A stretch of 64,000 bases of DNA from a virus. The DNA lies in IMG/VR virus record IMGVR_UViG_3300049783_001607; one strand, written 5' to 3'. The notes beneath the pieces were generated by a model. That model was given only the letters and a program-made list of their open reading frames with translations. It ran no database searches and was not told where the DNA came from. Of the stretch, positions 1 to 10,045 are shown in pieces. Every line of letters starts with the position of its first letter. Position 1 is the first letter of the stretch. A program made the position numbers and the translations under genes.

Positions 1-491
1 ATTATACTACCATTTTGTTCATACTCAATCTCATATTCTCCATCAGGATCATTAACAAATTTTTCTAGAAACGATTGATGTAGTCCCGGTATTTTTTTAC
101 TTATTATTTGTGAAGAAGTTGAACCTGCAGGCACTAATTTTTTAATAATAAGCGAAAGATCAGTAGTTGCTATTAACTTAAAAATATTATTTCTTAGTTT
201 TGTTTTACCTTTGCTGTAATACATATCAAGAGCTAAATTTATTTCGCAGTCTTTAGAAGCTATTTCTAATCTATTCATGTGCCGATTAAAAATATTATCG
301 CCTTTTTTAATAGGTTCTACATATTGTGATATTATTATGTGTAGATGTTGAATTTGAATTAGTGATTCTACAACTTTACCTATTAAAGTGTCGTTAATAG
401 TTAATAAAGCGCCCTCTTCAAAATGTTTGACTGTATGATTTTTTATTATTTCTTCTGTCGGTAACATTATTATCTTTATTAAGTGCTTCAT
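1..491 (-). CDS. Conserved-block/hypervariable paralog family protein (partial, runs off window start)
   Basis: Manual translation MKHLIKIIMLPTEE...SQYVEPIKKGD...KLIATTDL...LHQSFLEKFVNDPDGEYEIEY; same blocks as 495..1142. Confidence 0.85.
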   Translation of the reverse strand, partial: MKHLIKIIMLPTEEIIKNHTVKHFEEGALLTINDTLIGKVVESLIQIQHLHIIISQYVEPIKKGDNIFNRHMNRLEIASKDCEINLALDMYYSKGKTKLRNNIFKLIATTDLSLIIKKLVPAGSTSSQIISKKIPGLHQSFLEKFVNDPDGEYEIEYEQNGSI

Positions 492-494
492 ATT

Positions 495-1142
495 TTATAG
501 ATTTTCTTTAATCCAATCGTTTAGAAAAAATACTCCATCTGTTCCTATTGTAGCTTCATTATTAGCTCTTAACATATCATGCATTAATTGAGAAACTTCA
601 CTTATAGGTAGCATCTTTTCTTTTACAGAAGTAATATTCACAGTATTGTCTTGGTTTAGTTTGAGTTTACTAGACACTTTATGAATACCATTTTTCCCTT
701 TAAAAGATATTACACTACAGTTAGTATATTCAACCTCAAACTCTCCATTAGAGTTACTAGCAACAAACTCTTTTAAAAATGATTGTTGTAGTTCAGGTAT
801 TAAATCATAAGGAATATATTTATTTGATAAATTAAGCTTAGGATCAGTAGTCGCTATAATTTTAAACTCTGTATCTGATTTAAGTAAAGTTTTTTCTGAG
901 TCATTCTTAAATATGTTGTTTGATTTAATATTATAAAACCAATCATCTACTTTAATAGGCTCTACATCTTGTGATACTGTTATGTATACGTGTTGGTTAC
1001 TGCCGTAGTTTTTATTATCTTTAGAATAAATTCCTGATTCCAGGTACATTAAATATGGAGGGAAAAATTTCCTGTTAACTGTTCTATGTATATTAATGTT
1101 ATCGTCTGTCGGCAGCATTACTACCTCTATTTTGTGCATCAT
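495..1142 (-). CDS. Conserved-block/hypervariable paralog family protein
   Basis: Blocks VVMLPTD, SQDVEPIK.DDW, KIIATTDPKL, LQQSFLKEF, LKLNQDNTVNITS, WIKENL. Confidence 0.85.
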   Translation of the reverse strand: MMHKIEVVMLPTDDNINIHRTVNRKFFPPYLMYLESGIYSKDNKNYGSNQHVYITVSQDVEPIKVDDWFYNIKSNNIFKNDSEKTLLKSDTEFKIIATTDPKLNLSNKYIPYDLIPELQQSFLKEFVASNSNGEFEVEYTNCSVISFKGKNGIHKVSSKLKLNQDNTVNITSVKEKMLPISEVSQLMHDMLRANNEATIGTDGVFFLNDWIKENL

Positions 1143-1147
1143 AATTA

Positions 1148-1579
1148 TTAGTGTAATAATCTAAAAAGTCGTATACTTTGCCTCTTAAGTTCTATTAAAT
1201 GTATTGGTATTTCAACTTTGATTTTTTTAGATACTAAGTGTTTATTCTTAGCTTGGTCGTTTATGAGTTGTCTTACATAACAAGGTTTTAAAAGTGATAT
1301 CTGTAGTTTAGCATTTTTAGCATTCAATTCTACAATTCTTTTAGGGTGTCTAAGTATGTAATTTCTGGCAGCTTTTTTCACTGAGTCTTTAAAGCCTGGA
1401 GTATGTTTATATCGCTTATTAAATTTTTTTTTAGCGCATGTTTTACAGACTCCTTGTACAGGCCACAAAGTATCTGTTTTTTTTGAAAATTCTTTAAACG
1501 GTTTTTCTTCTTTACAACAGGTGCATACCCTTCTTTTTTTTAGTATGCATTCTTCCCTGTACTTTTTTTCTTTATTCAT
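1148..1579 (-). CDS. Basic Cys-rich (CxxC...CxxC) zinc-binding protein, resembles N-terminal module of phage HNH proteins
   Basis: CTCCKEEKPFKEF...CKTC; no clear HNH catalytic motif. Confidence 0.5.
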   Translation of the reverse strand: MNKEKKYREECILKKRRVCTCCKEEKPFKEFSKKTDTLWPVQGVCKTCAKKKFNKRYKHTPGFKDSVKKAARNYILRHPKRIVELNAKNAKLQISLLKPCYVRQLINDQAKNKHLVSKKIKVEIPIHLIELKRQSIRLFRLLH

Positions 1580-1838
1580 GGCTTTCTGTAGGTAAGATAG
1601 TAATTTGATTTCTTATAAAATGAGCGCTAATTATTGCTTTAGCTGCTGAATTATAAGTTTTATATAATGTCAAAGCTTGTTGTCTACTTATATCCCCTTT
1701 TAAAAAAGCGTCTCCTACTAATTCTAATTTTTTAGCTAATATAACAGATGCATTTGCACTATCGATAGAGTTTTCATCTAATTCTTGTCTAAATATTGTC
1801 ACTTCATTTAACTCGTTTGTAAAATCTTTTTTATTCAT
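1572..1838 (-). CDS. Hypothetical protein
   Basis: 88 aa ORF in tightly packed operon. Confidence 0.7.
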   Translation of the reverse strand: MNKKDFTNELNEVTIFRQELDENSIDSANASVILAKKLELVGDAFLKGDISRQQALTLYKTYNSAAKAIISAHFIRNQITILPTESHE

Positions 1839-1846
1839 GATATTAT

Positions 1847-2566
1847 TTATTTAAGGTTTAATTTTTTGTTAATCCATTTATTGTCACACAAACATGGCAA
1901 AGGATTTTCTGTTTCTATACCGGCCTCTGAATGAGACCCTCTAGTTATACTTATTTTCATTAAATGTGTGACTTCTTTTATAGTATACATCTTCTCTTTT
2001 AAACAAGTAATATTAACAGTATTGTCTTGGTTTAGTTTCAATGTTATTCTTCTGTCAGTAGTAGTTGCATCAGGAAATGGTTGTAATCCATTTTTTCCTT
2101 TGTTCTTCCACATGGTTTCATATTCAACTTCAAACTCTCCATCAGGATTATTAACAAATTCTTTTATAGATGATTGTTGTAGTTGAGGTACCCCATTAAC
2201 AATATCTCTTACATTTTTATATTCTTTTGAAGGAATAGATTTAAGTGTAAGCTTAGGGTCAGTAGTTGCTATGATTTTTCTACACTTAAGTATTTCCTCT
2301 TTAGTATAAACTGCCCCAAAATCATATCCAAACATTTCGGGGAACCCTTTAGGATTAATACACCAATCATCCTCTTTAATAGGTTCTACATCTTGTGATA
2401 TAGTTGCGTATGTGTGTTTATACACGTAATTACCTCCCATTAATAGTCTATTCTTATGTACATTATCTCTAGGAATAACCAATAAAGTCTGTTTGTTATT
2501 ATTTTTAGCTACAAATAATGTTGTATCTTCTGTTGGTAGCATGACTACTTTTATTCTATGTTTCAT
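1847..2566 (-). CDS. Conserved-block/hypervariable paralog family protein
   Basis: MKHRIKVVMLPTED...SQDVEPIK...IIATTDPKL...NPDGEFEVEY...LKLNQDNTVNIT. Confidence 0.85.
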   Translation of the reverse strand: MKHRIKVVMLPTEDTTLFVAKNNNKQTLLVIPRDNVHKNRLLMGGNYVYKHTYATISQDVEPIKEDDWCINPKGFPEMFGYDFGAVYTKEEILKCRKIIATTDPKLTLKSIPSKEYKNVRDIVNGVPQLQQSSIKEFVNNPDGEFEVEYETMWKNKGKNGLQPFPDATTTDRRITLKLNQDNTVNITCLKEKMYTIKEVTHLMKISITRGSHSEAGIETENPLPCLCDNKWINKKLNLK

Positions 2567-2568
2567 AA

Positions 2569-3303
2569 TTAACTGTTAAATTTTTGTTCAATACATAATT
2601 TACTTAAAGCAGACCAAGTAGTTGTAGGTTTATTTAACAATTTACATCCTTCTCCGTTATAAAAACATTTACTACTTAGATATAAAGGTATTTTATTAAT
2701 AGTATACTCTTTTGGAATAATATTATAAGTAACAATACCTTTACTCATTATCGAACCAAATTGAACATTTTGATTTTCATCATACAAGGTCAATACTAAT
2801 TCCTCTGGAAATTTTTTTAAGTTGTCTTTTAAGCACCATTTATTTAGATTATTTTTAGCTAGAGCTTGCAAATGTTTTTTTTCTTGCAAATGTTTTAAAG
2901 ATTCTTGTTCTTCAATAGTCAATGAAGTAAGAGCTTTAATATTTATTTGAGCCCACACTTTACACCAGTCTTTTTCAGTATGATTAGAACTAATTAAAGC
3001 AATAGTAACATCCGTATTTTCAGGATGAGTTATTGTTTCAAGAATAGTATATTCATAAGATTTATGAGTTTGTTCTCTACTAACTTCAATAGTATCTCCA
3101 TTTTTAAATGGTAATCCTTTTTGAGTTAATTTAGGAGTATATACAACTGTATCGTTAGATTCGTTAATATATTTAGGTAACTTTGTTTTCCAAGCAAATA
3201 TATTTTCTCTAGTATTAGTTATATAGTTCCATTTTTTAAAATTAGAATATATTTGCATCCAATTAGATACATATACTTTATCATTTGTTGACGCCATAAT
3301 CAT
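2569..3303 (-). CDS. Hypothetical protein
   Basis: 244 aa ORF, operon-packed. Confidence 0.75.
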   Translation of the reverse strand: MIMASTNDKVYVSNWMQIYSNFKKWNYITNTRENIFAWKTKLPKYINESNDTVVYTPKLTQKGLPFKNGDTIEVSREQTHKSYEYTILETITHPENTDVTIALISSNHTEKDWCKVWAQINIKALTSLTIEEQESLKHLQEKKHLQALAKNNLNKWCLKDNLKKFPEELVLTLYDENQNVQFGSIMSKGIVTYNIIPKEYTINKIPLYLSSKCFYNGEGCKLLNKPTTTWSALSKLCIEQKFNS

Positions 3304-3309
3304 TTTATT

Positions 3310-3759
3310 TTATGTTTCATTAGTTATAACTTTTTTATTACTCGGTCTATTATATAATTTCTTTAACAAATCATACGTTTCAATAAATTTTTCTCTTACA
3401 AAAGTTTTATCATTTGAAAATCTAACATTTATATGTGCTTCAAGTTGATTAACTAAAATAGATTCTATAGCTTTTAAATCATCTATATAACACATTCTTC
3501 CTTTCATTCTATTCATATCTTCACAACATGAAAATACTAAACATGTTTTATTGTTTCTAGAACATTTTGCTAAATAAATTCCTTCGCATAATAAATAAGA
3601 AAGCAATTTTCCTGATACATTACAGCAATCGTAACCTGAATCATCTTCAAGTTTTCCATGCATATAATAATAAGATGCTCTGAATCCTTGATCTTTGCTT
3701 AATTCGTTCATTCCGTAGCCTTCCCAATTATCAGGATATATAATATTTTCTGCTTTCAT
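3310..3759 (-). CDS. Hypothetical protein
   Basis: 149 aa ORF, operon-packed. Confidence 0.7.
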   Translation of the reverse strand: MKAENIIYPDNWEGYGMNELSKDQGFRASYYYMHGKLEDDSGYDCCNVSGKLLSYLLCEGIYLAKCSRNNKTCLVFSCCEDMNRMKGRMCYIDDLKAIESILVNQLEAHINVRFSNDKTFVREKFIETYDLLKKLYNRPSNKKVITNET

Positions 3760-3761
3760 AC

Positions 3762-4442
3762 TTATTCAATTTTTAATATATTTCCATTGCTACTTAATTT
3801 ACCGAATTTACCGTCAGTTAATACACTTCCATTACTAAATATAGTTTTATATTCGGATAATTTAGTTGTACCAGCATTAATAATATCTACATTATTATGA
3901 ACGTGTCCAAATAAACACAGATCAGGTTGTATTTTAAGCATTCTCTTTTTAAGAGCGCTACAACCACACATTTCTACAGAATGATTAGTATTATAAGATA
4001 AATCTAATACTCCTTTAGGTGGTCCATGGACGATTACTATTCTAGTATTTTCTGGTATTTGTTGCCAAACTTTATCTAACTTAGATCTATTTTTCATGAA
4101 ATACCAATTGCCGAATTGAGGTGTATGAGGACTCCCCCATATTTTAATACCTTCAATAATAACAGATTCATTTTCTAAATAATCGATTGAATATTCTTTA
4201 CATAACTTTTTAAATTCTCTACTTCTATGAAATGGCACAGCATCGTGATTACCTGCAATTAATACTTTATGTTTTATAGGTAAGCAAGCGTACCAGTTTA
4301 AAAAATCTCTAGTTTCAATCTCGTTTGTATATAGTTCATAATAATTACTAAAATCTCCCGAATGTATTACTAAATCTATATTTTCAGGAATTTCTAATAA
4401 ATTATGATAACTGTGAGTATCTCCTATATGCCAAATGTTCAT
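3762..4442 (-). CDS. Calcineurin-like metallophosphoesterase
   Basis: Motifs GDTH, HSGD, AGNHD, HGPP, FGHVH in canonical order. Confidence 0.92.
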   Translation of the reverse strand: MNIWHIGDTHSYHNLLEIPENIDLVIHSGDFSNYYELYTNEIETRDFLNWYACLPIKHKVLIAGNHDAVPFHRSREFKKLCKEYSIDYLENESVIIEGIKIWGSPHTPQFGNWYFMKNRSKLDKVWQQIPENTRIVIVHGPPKGVLDLSYNTNHSVEMCGCSALKKRMLKIQPDLCLFGHVHNNVDIINAGTTKLSEYKTIFSNGSVLTDGKFGKLSSNGNILKIE

Positions 4443-4471
4443 ATTTTCAGTTTTATATTGTTAATATTAAT

Positions 4472-4771
4472 TTAATAGATGTCTTTTCTATGACTTGAAG
4501 TTATTTTTTGCATCCTACATTTAGGAAATAAATGAATATTATTTTTTAATTGTTGCTCCGTATCAAATCTAGCAAGTATTTCTCCTATATCTCCAATTCT
4601 TGCTACAAATCTACCTATTTTAGCGTGTTTTCTGCAAAATGAATGGGCTCCGTTACTATGTGTAGCTATTTTTTGACATCTAGATGTACTTACAATACCA
4701 ACACCTTGCATAGTATGTTTCATAGATTTGTTACAAATAATATTTTCTGGATTATCAAAATTTTTATACAT
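4472..4771 (-). CDS. Hypothetical protein (Cys/His motif)
   Basis: 99 aa ORF; RCQK...FCRKH. Confidence 0.65.
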   Translation of the reverse strand: MYKNFDNPENIICNKSMKHTMQGVGIVSTSRCQKIATHSNGAHSFCRKHAKIGRFVARIGDIGEILARFDTEQQLKNNIHLFPKCRMQKITSSHRKDIY

Positions 4772-4792
4772 AATATTTAATTTATAATTGTT

Positions 4793-4882
4793 ATAATCTT
4801 ATTTCTTATTAGCTGAAAGGTTTTCCTTACATTTAATTTACATCCCTCTAATAGGGTGCAACACTAATAAGAATAAGGTTAT
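4793..4882 (-). ncRNA. Stem-closed element related to the 3' terminal hairpin of ncRNA motif A
   Basis: ataatcttatttcttattag...ctaataagaataaggttat; arms resemble ccctctttcttatta/taataagagtaggg at 5866 and 6424. Confidence 0.4.
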
Positions 4883-4900
4883 TTAATCAATTTATAATTT

Positions 4901-5074
4901 TTATACACGCAGCTTTTTTGCTTTATCATAATACGCTTCATCTATTTGTAAAACTTTTCCTTTAGGATCTGTGAGCCAGCGTTTAAAATTATTGTGGGTA
5001 GAATGTAATTTTCTCCCGTCTTTAAGTTCTATAGGTTTATCCACACTTGAACTAGGTAAATTGTATTTTTTCAT
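4901..5074 (-). CDS. Small hypothetical protein (57 aa)
   Basis: Manual translation MKKYNLPSSSVDKPIELKDGRK...AKKLRV*. Confidence 0.55.
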   Translation of the reverse strand: MKKYNLPSSSVDKPIELKDGRKLHSTHNNFKRWLTDPKGKVLQIDEAYYDKAKKLRV

Positions 5075-5083
5075 ATCTATTAT

Positions 5084-5449
5084 TTATTTAATTGTTTTTA
5101 ATGCGTCTTGTAAACCTTTTTCTAAAGATTTTTCGTAAGATTTATATATTAAAACTTCTTTTGTAATAACATAACTGTTTACTAATCTTTTAATTACAGG
5201 AAAAAAACTCATTCCTGAATCACTTAAATTAGAACTTACTACTAAATCGTGTTTTTCTCTCAACCATCTTTTAAGTTCCGATTGAGTTATATTAAAATAC
5301 CAAAATGAATTTGTATTTAATTGTTTTCTATGCCAATTATGAGGTTGTTTCAATTCACCTAATTTTATAAAATCAGCTATACATAATCCTTTTTCGTTAG
5401 CTAATTGGACTGTTTTAAATTCAATTAATTTATCTTTAATATCTATCAT
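5084..5449 (-). CDS. Hypothetical phage protein, paralog of 5446..5835
   Basis: Shared TQS.L..WLRE.H and E..LEKGLQ motifs. Confidence 0.75.
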   Translation of the reverse strand: MIDIKDKLIEFKTVQLANEKGLCIADFIKLGELKQPHNWHRKQLNTNSFWYFNITQSELKRWLREKHDLVVSSNLSDSGMSFFPVIKRLVNSYVITKEVLIYKSYEKSLEKGLQDALKTIK

Positions 5450-5835
5450 TTAATGGCTTTTAAAATTTCTTGTAAACCTTTTTCTAAAGCATCTTCGAAA
5501 GTAGAAAAATCTTCGCCGCTAACATTTTTATAAGGCGGTACTTCCATAGTATCTTTTTTTAGAATATTAAGTATTTTAAATGTCCAATTTGATGTTATTG
5601 TAGGAATAATAATAACGTAATATCCGTGTATTTCTCGTAACCACTTATTAAGTAATGATTGTGTTGGAGCTGTGATTAAATAATTATCGCCATCTATAAA
5701 AAATTTATGGTTATAATTAGTAAGTATCTCTCTATTTTGAAAACTCCCATCAGAATGATATGCTTTACCTACCCAATCAAATCTTTTCTTTTTTGCTAAT
5801 TCAGATGTTTCAAATGTTGTTATTTCATCTTTCAT
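5446..5835 (-). CDS. Hypothetical phage protein, paralog of 5084..5449
   Basis: APTQSLLNKWLREIH...FEDALEKGLQE. Confidence 0.75.
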   Translation of the reverse strand: MKDEITTFETSELAKKKRFDWVGKAYHSDGSFQNREILTNYNHKFFIDGDNYLITAPTQSLLNKWLREIHGYYVIIIPTITSNWTFKILNILKKDTMEVPPYKNVSGEDFSTFEDALEKGLQEILKAIK

Positions 5836-5865
5836 TTTTTACTGATTTTAATTTGATTAATAATT

Positions 5866-6416
5866 ATAACCCTCTTTCTTATTACCAGGGAACTATAAGG
5901 CACCTGCTATAAATAGTTTACTGCTTATATTCGTAATAAGAGTAGGGTTATGTAGTTAATGATACTTTAGCAAGGTCGGATGCATAACTGCCATTACCTG
6001 CTTTTCTTAGTCCGGTCCATAGAATCAATGGAATTTATAACTACTTATTGAGAATTCATTTGTGTTGTAGCCGTCATAATACACTAGGCTCACTAAGATT
6101 TCCTTCTCAAAGGAACAACACAAGAAAATATTACTATTTTCATCCAATTTTTAAAGAGGTTTTCGATGTTCAGTCCTCTATTTACTAGGATTACTCCATT
6201 AATTTTTAGGTCTAACCTATTACAGCGATTTCCATCAAAGCTTACGCTCAAGTTTTCTGCTTAATATCCTGTCAATTTAGGATTAGTATATTTATGTGTA
6301 TAATAAAAGGTACGGTTTCAAACCTCAGTTATAGTTTCATCTACTTATAGTTAAATAAGTGACCATTTGGTGCCTTCTTTTTATTATTATTCACAAAGGA
6401 TCAATGTTTAGCCTTT
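5866..6416 (-). ncRNA. Large structured ncRNA candidate, motif A copy 1
   Basis: No credible ORF; about 10 colinear conserved blocks shared with 6424..6855, separated by variable hairpins. Confidence 0.65.
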
Positions 6417-6423
6417 TATTAGC

Positions 6424-6855
6424 ACCCTCTTTCTTATTAGCAGTGTTTCAAATTACGCACTTTAAATGGTTTCGAGCCATTCACTAATAAGAGTAGGGTC
6501 GCGTAGTTATTTGATGTGTTTAACTTATCAATGTTGATACTTTCACATAACTACTTGCTGAGAAACTATCCTTATCATTACTTTACAGATAGTTCAAGTC
6601 CTCACGGATACTCGCTCATTTGTGTTGTAGTAGCTTATATTCTACTCTATTTATTATACAACTTTCTCAAGGTTGCAACACATCCAGGATCACTCCATCT
6701 ACAGCCTCTTCTTACGTCAATTACTTGATGTCTAGCGTCTTGATCAGTATCCTGTCAATTCAGGATTAGTATCTTTATGTGAATGTTCACCAACCATAAA
6801 ACTAACGTTTAGTGGCAAATTACTTATATTCACAAAGCATCAATGTTTAGGCTTT
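6424..6855 (-). ncRNA. Large structured ncRNA candidate, motif A copy 2
   Basis: Blocks tcatttgtgttgtag, tatcctgtcaattYaggattagtat, tattcacaaagSatcaatgtttag shared with copy 1. Confidence 0.65.
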
Positions 6856-6954
6856 ATTTTTATATTTTAAATAGTTAGCACAGGATATTATAGTTTAAAA
6901 CTATAAAATAAGCCTAAACCTGTCTATTTCTCGGGCTATTCTGCTAACTATAAT

Positions 6955-7222
6955 AAACTCTTTGACCCAAAATTCAGTTATGGGATATTGTTTTTACACT
7001 AGTAACTTCGGTTTCGAACCGACTACTTCCCTTTGATGGACTAGCACAATACATCTACAATATTTAATACCCTTTCGGGAACACAACTGCTGATACAGTT
7101 TAATAACATAATAGCGTTACTGCCATCGCCTAATACCGTCTTTTCGCATTTAAAGTACGTGTAGCAATCATCAGATTTATTATATTTAACATGTTATTGT
7201 TTATCTTCAATTCAAAGAGTTT
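6955..7222 (-). ncRNA. Structured ncRNA candidate, motif B copy 1
   Basis: Closed by aaactctttg/caaagagttt; conserved acccaaaattcagttatggga hairpin and actgctgatacagttt block. Confidence 0.65.
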
Positions 7223-7225
7223 AAT

Positions 7226-7969
7226 TTATAAGTTTTCTTTAATCCAGTTAAGAATCTTAGATGAGCTTCCTTCTATTAAATGTTCTTCTAGAGCATACTT
7301 TTTTATTAATATTTTAACTTCTTTTGCATTATAAATTTTATTTTCTACAGAAGTAATATTAACAGTGTTGTCTTGATTTAGTTTAATAATAGCTATGGGG
7401 TAATGCTCACAGTTTTCTTGACATTCACTTTCGTAAATGTGAGATTTACCGCAACATGAAGTAGTCATATACTCAACTTCAAACTTTCCATCAGGATTAG
7501 CAATAAACTCTTTTAATAATGATTGTTGTAGTTGAGGTAGTAATACAGGGTTATAAATATTATTTATTTCATCTTTACCAATTACAGTCTTTTTCTGCAC
7601 AAGCTTAGTGTTAGTACTTGCTATTACTTTTTTAATATTTGGTATGTTTCTTTCCCAAGGTGTAGTTACGCTTCCATCTCCAATATTTCTAGGCAAAGTG
7701 ACAAAACATTCTTTACCGTACACATTTTTAATTATACCTAATCCAAATGTTTTATGTATTGCATAATCACCTTTTTTAATAGGTTCTACATCTTGAGATA
7801 CTGTTGCGTATAAGTATTGTGATACCCCACCTATATCTTTCACAGCTCTTAGATTATCAACCCTATCTTTAACGCTATTAGTATAAAAAGGGTCTAGACC
7901 TGTGCTATGTAATACAATACCTGTTATGTCTTCTGTTGGTAGCATGACTACTTTTATTCTATGTTTCAT
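7226..7969 (-). CDS. Conserved-block/hypervariable paralog family protein
   Basis: All six family blocks present. Confidence 0.85.
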   Translation of the reverse strand: MKHRIKVVMLPTEDITGIVLHSTGLDPFYTNSVKDRVDNLRAVKDIGGVSQYLYATVSQDVEPIKKGDYAIHKTFGLGIIKNVYGKECFVTLPRNIGDGSVTTPWERNIPNIKKVIASTNTKLVQKKTVIGKDEINNIYNPVLLPQLQQSLLKEFIANPDGKFEVEYMTTSCCGKSHIYESECQENCEHYPIAIIKLNQDNTVNITSVENKIYNAKEVKILIKKYALEEHLIEGSSSKILNWIKENL

Positions 7970-7989
7970 TTTATTTATTTTTTAAATTA

Positions 7990-8148
7990 AAACTCTTTGA
8001 CCCAAAATTCAGTTATGGGATGACAGATACTGAACTAAGAGTTATCTGAAATGTCACATATTCAATAAACACGACTGATAACTGATACAGTTTATAATAA
8101 GGTTCTTATGTGTTCTTCATTATTGTTTATCTCCAATTCAAAGAGTTT
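7990..8148 (-). ncRNA. Structured ncRNA candidate, motif B copy 2 (shortest)
   Basis: First 32 nt identical to copy 1; same closing stem. Confidence 0.65.
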
Positions 8149-8151
8149 ATT

Positions 8152-8925
8152 TTATAAGTTTTCTTTAATTAACCAAGGCTTCAATGCTTCTTCAATTCTA
8201 TCTGCTAGAGTTAAATCTAAATGATGTAGCTTAGCAGTTGTCATAGTAATATATGGTAACATATCTCTAGCTTCTACTGCTACTTTTGCTAATTTATTAG
8301 CTATAGTTTTCCAATCCTTGTCTTGTAAGGCAGAAGTGATACTAATAGTATTATCTTTATTTAGTTTAGGTCTTACGCTACTTCGATAGGGGACTGGATG
8401 TTCAAATATATTTAAATATTCTACTTCAAATTTATCATCAGGATTAGTAACATATTCTTTTAAAAATGATTGTGAAAGTTGTGGGAACATTGACTCACAG
8501 TCTAAAAATTTACCGTAACATTTATATGAGCAATTACCACAAATTCCTGATTTAATTTTAAGGTCATTAGTTGCTATGATTTTTTTTTGCTTTTCGTAAA
8601 TACATAATTTAGTTTTTATTTTAACTAAATAATTACCTTCGGGAATTTGAGGATGCAGATGAGCAGTCTCTGATTTATCTATTTCAACTTTTTCAATAAC
8701 CCAATCACCTACTTTAATAGGCTCTACATCTTGTGATACTGTTATGTATACGTGTTGAGGAGTACAAGTTTTTATAGCTATTTTATGATATTCTTCATGT
8801 GAATCATGATTATTTTCATTTAAAATTTTATCATCTGTAAACATTATTTCATTTAGTATGTTATGTTTATAAATATTAGATATATCTTTTGTTGGTAGCA
8901 TTACTACTTTGATTGGCTGTTTCAT
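8152..8925 (-). CDS. Conserved-block/hypervariable paralog family protein
   Basis: Family blocks with a different C-terminal helical module ending WLIKENL. Confidence 0.85.
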   Translation of the reverse strand: MKQPIKVVMLPTKDISNIYKHNILNEIMFTDDKILNENNHDSHEEYHKIAIKTCTPQHVYITVSQDVEPIKVGDWVIEKVEIDKSETAHLHPQIPEGNYLVKIKTKLCIYEKQKKIIATNDLKIKSGICGNCSYKCYGKFLDCESMFPQLSQSFLKEYVTNPDDKFEVEYLNIFEHPVPYRSSVRPKLNKDNTISITSALQDKDWKTIANKLAKVAVEARDMLPYITMTTAKLHHLDLTLADRIEEALKPWLIKENL

Positions 8926-8927
8926 AA

Positions 8928-9335
8928 TTATAAGTTTTTTTCAATCCAATTATCCACTATCATTTTTGGAGTAATTTTTATATACCACTCTGAATTACCT
9001 CTATTAGCAGCTATTTGAGTTACAACATTTGCAGCAGATAAATACATTTCTTCTAAAGTATACATCTTTTCTTTTACATCGATGTTTATATTTCTTAAAA
9101 GAGTTTTACCTGCAATACTAGGGTAATATCTCCTGTCATTACTTGTAAAACCTGTAAATTTGACATCTGTTAAAGTCGTCCACTTACTCTCCCATACTCT
9201 GCCATCTTTATCAGTAGATTTTAACCAATTAAATATTTCTATACATTCTTCAGCATCTTTCTTATATTCTGTGGCTAGTTGTTTTTCTAATCTTTCCATT
9301 AATTTTCCCATAATTATAAATTTTTTTTGATCCAA
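8928..9335 (-). CDS. Hypothetical protein carrying only the family C-terminal module
   Basis: Unrelated N-terminus fused to VKEKMYT...NWIEKNL. Confidence 0.75.
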   Translation of the reverse strand: MDQKKFIIMGKLMERLEKQLATEYKKDAEECIEIFNWLKSTDKDGRVWESKWTTLTDVKFTGFTSNDRRYYPSIAGKTLLRNINIDVKEKMYTLEEMYLSAANVVTQIAANRGNSEWYIKITPKMIVDNWIEKNL

Positions 9336-10045
9336 TTTTTTAAGGATTTATTGAAATTCTTTGTATCAGTACTATTTAATCCGATATTAAAACCTGTTAT
9401 AAAACTTCTTACCATTTCTTTATTACTATACATTTTTTCTTTTGCAGAAGTAATATTAACAGTATTGTCTTGGTTTAGTTTAAGTGTTTTTTGTAATGGT
9501 ATATATGATTTCCACACTCCGTTTATTCTATCTTCAAAGAAATTTTCTTTACGTTCTTCGTGAAACATTACTTCTTGATTATGAATATTATTTGTGTTAT
9601 ACTCAACCTCCCACTCTCCATCAGGATTAGTAATAAATTCTTTTATGAATGATTGTTGTAGTTGTGATATTTTATGAATAGAAGGAATAAAATCAAGATC
9701 TGTTGGATCTAATTTAGGTATAGCTCTTTCATGTATTTTAATAAAAGTAAGCTTAGGGTCATTACTCGCTATAATTTTAAAGGGTGTATTACTTATACTA
9801 GAATCAAATAATCTAATTGGGTTTTTATATTTAGGGTAGTAACACCAATCGCCGTCTTTAATAGGTTCTGCATATTGTGATACTGTAATGTATAAATATT
9901 GAGGATTATCTCTTCCATCAAATTTGTTGGTTTGATATGTAGGGTGATCACTCAATTCTCTATATCTATTCTGTCTGATAGTTATAAAAGGAGGTAGCGG
10001 TATGTCTTCTGTTGGTAGCATTACTGCTTTGATTGGCTGTTTCAT
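9314..10045 (-). CDS. Conserved-block/hypervariable paralog family protein
   Basis: All six family blocks present. Confidence 0.85.
   Translation of the reverse strand: MKQPIKAVMLPTEDIPLPPFITIRQNRYRELSDHPTYQTNKFDGRDNPQYLYITVSQYAEPIKDGDWCYYPKYKNPIRLFDSSISNTPFKIIASNDPKLTFIKIHERAIPKLDPTDLDFIPSIHKISQLQQSFIKEFITNPDGEWEVEYNTNNIHNQEVMFHEERKENFFEDRINGVWKSYIPLQKTLKLNQDNTVNITSAKEKMYSNKEMVRSFITGFNIGLNSTDTKNFNKSLKNWIKKNL

Noticed and set aside
6516-6728. Plus-strand 70-aa ORF (likewise 10353 and 22098)
   Set aside because: Against local gene direction and overlapping structured non-coding elements
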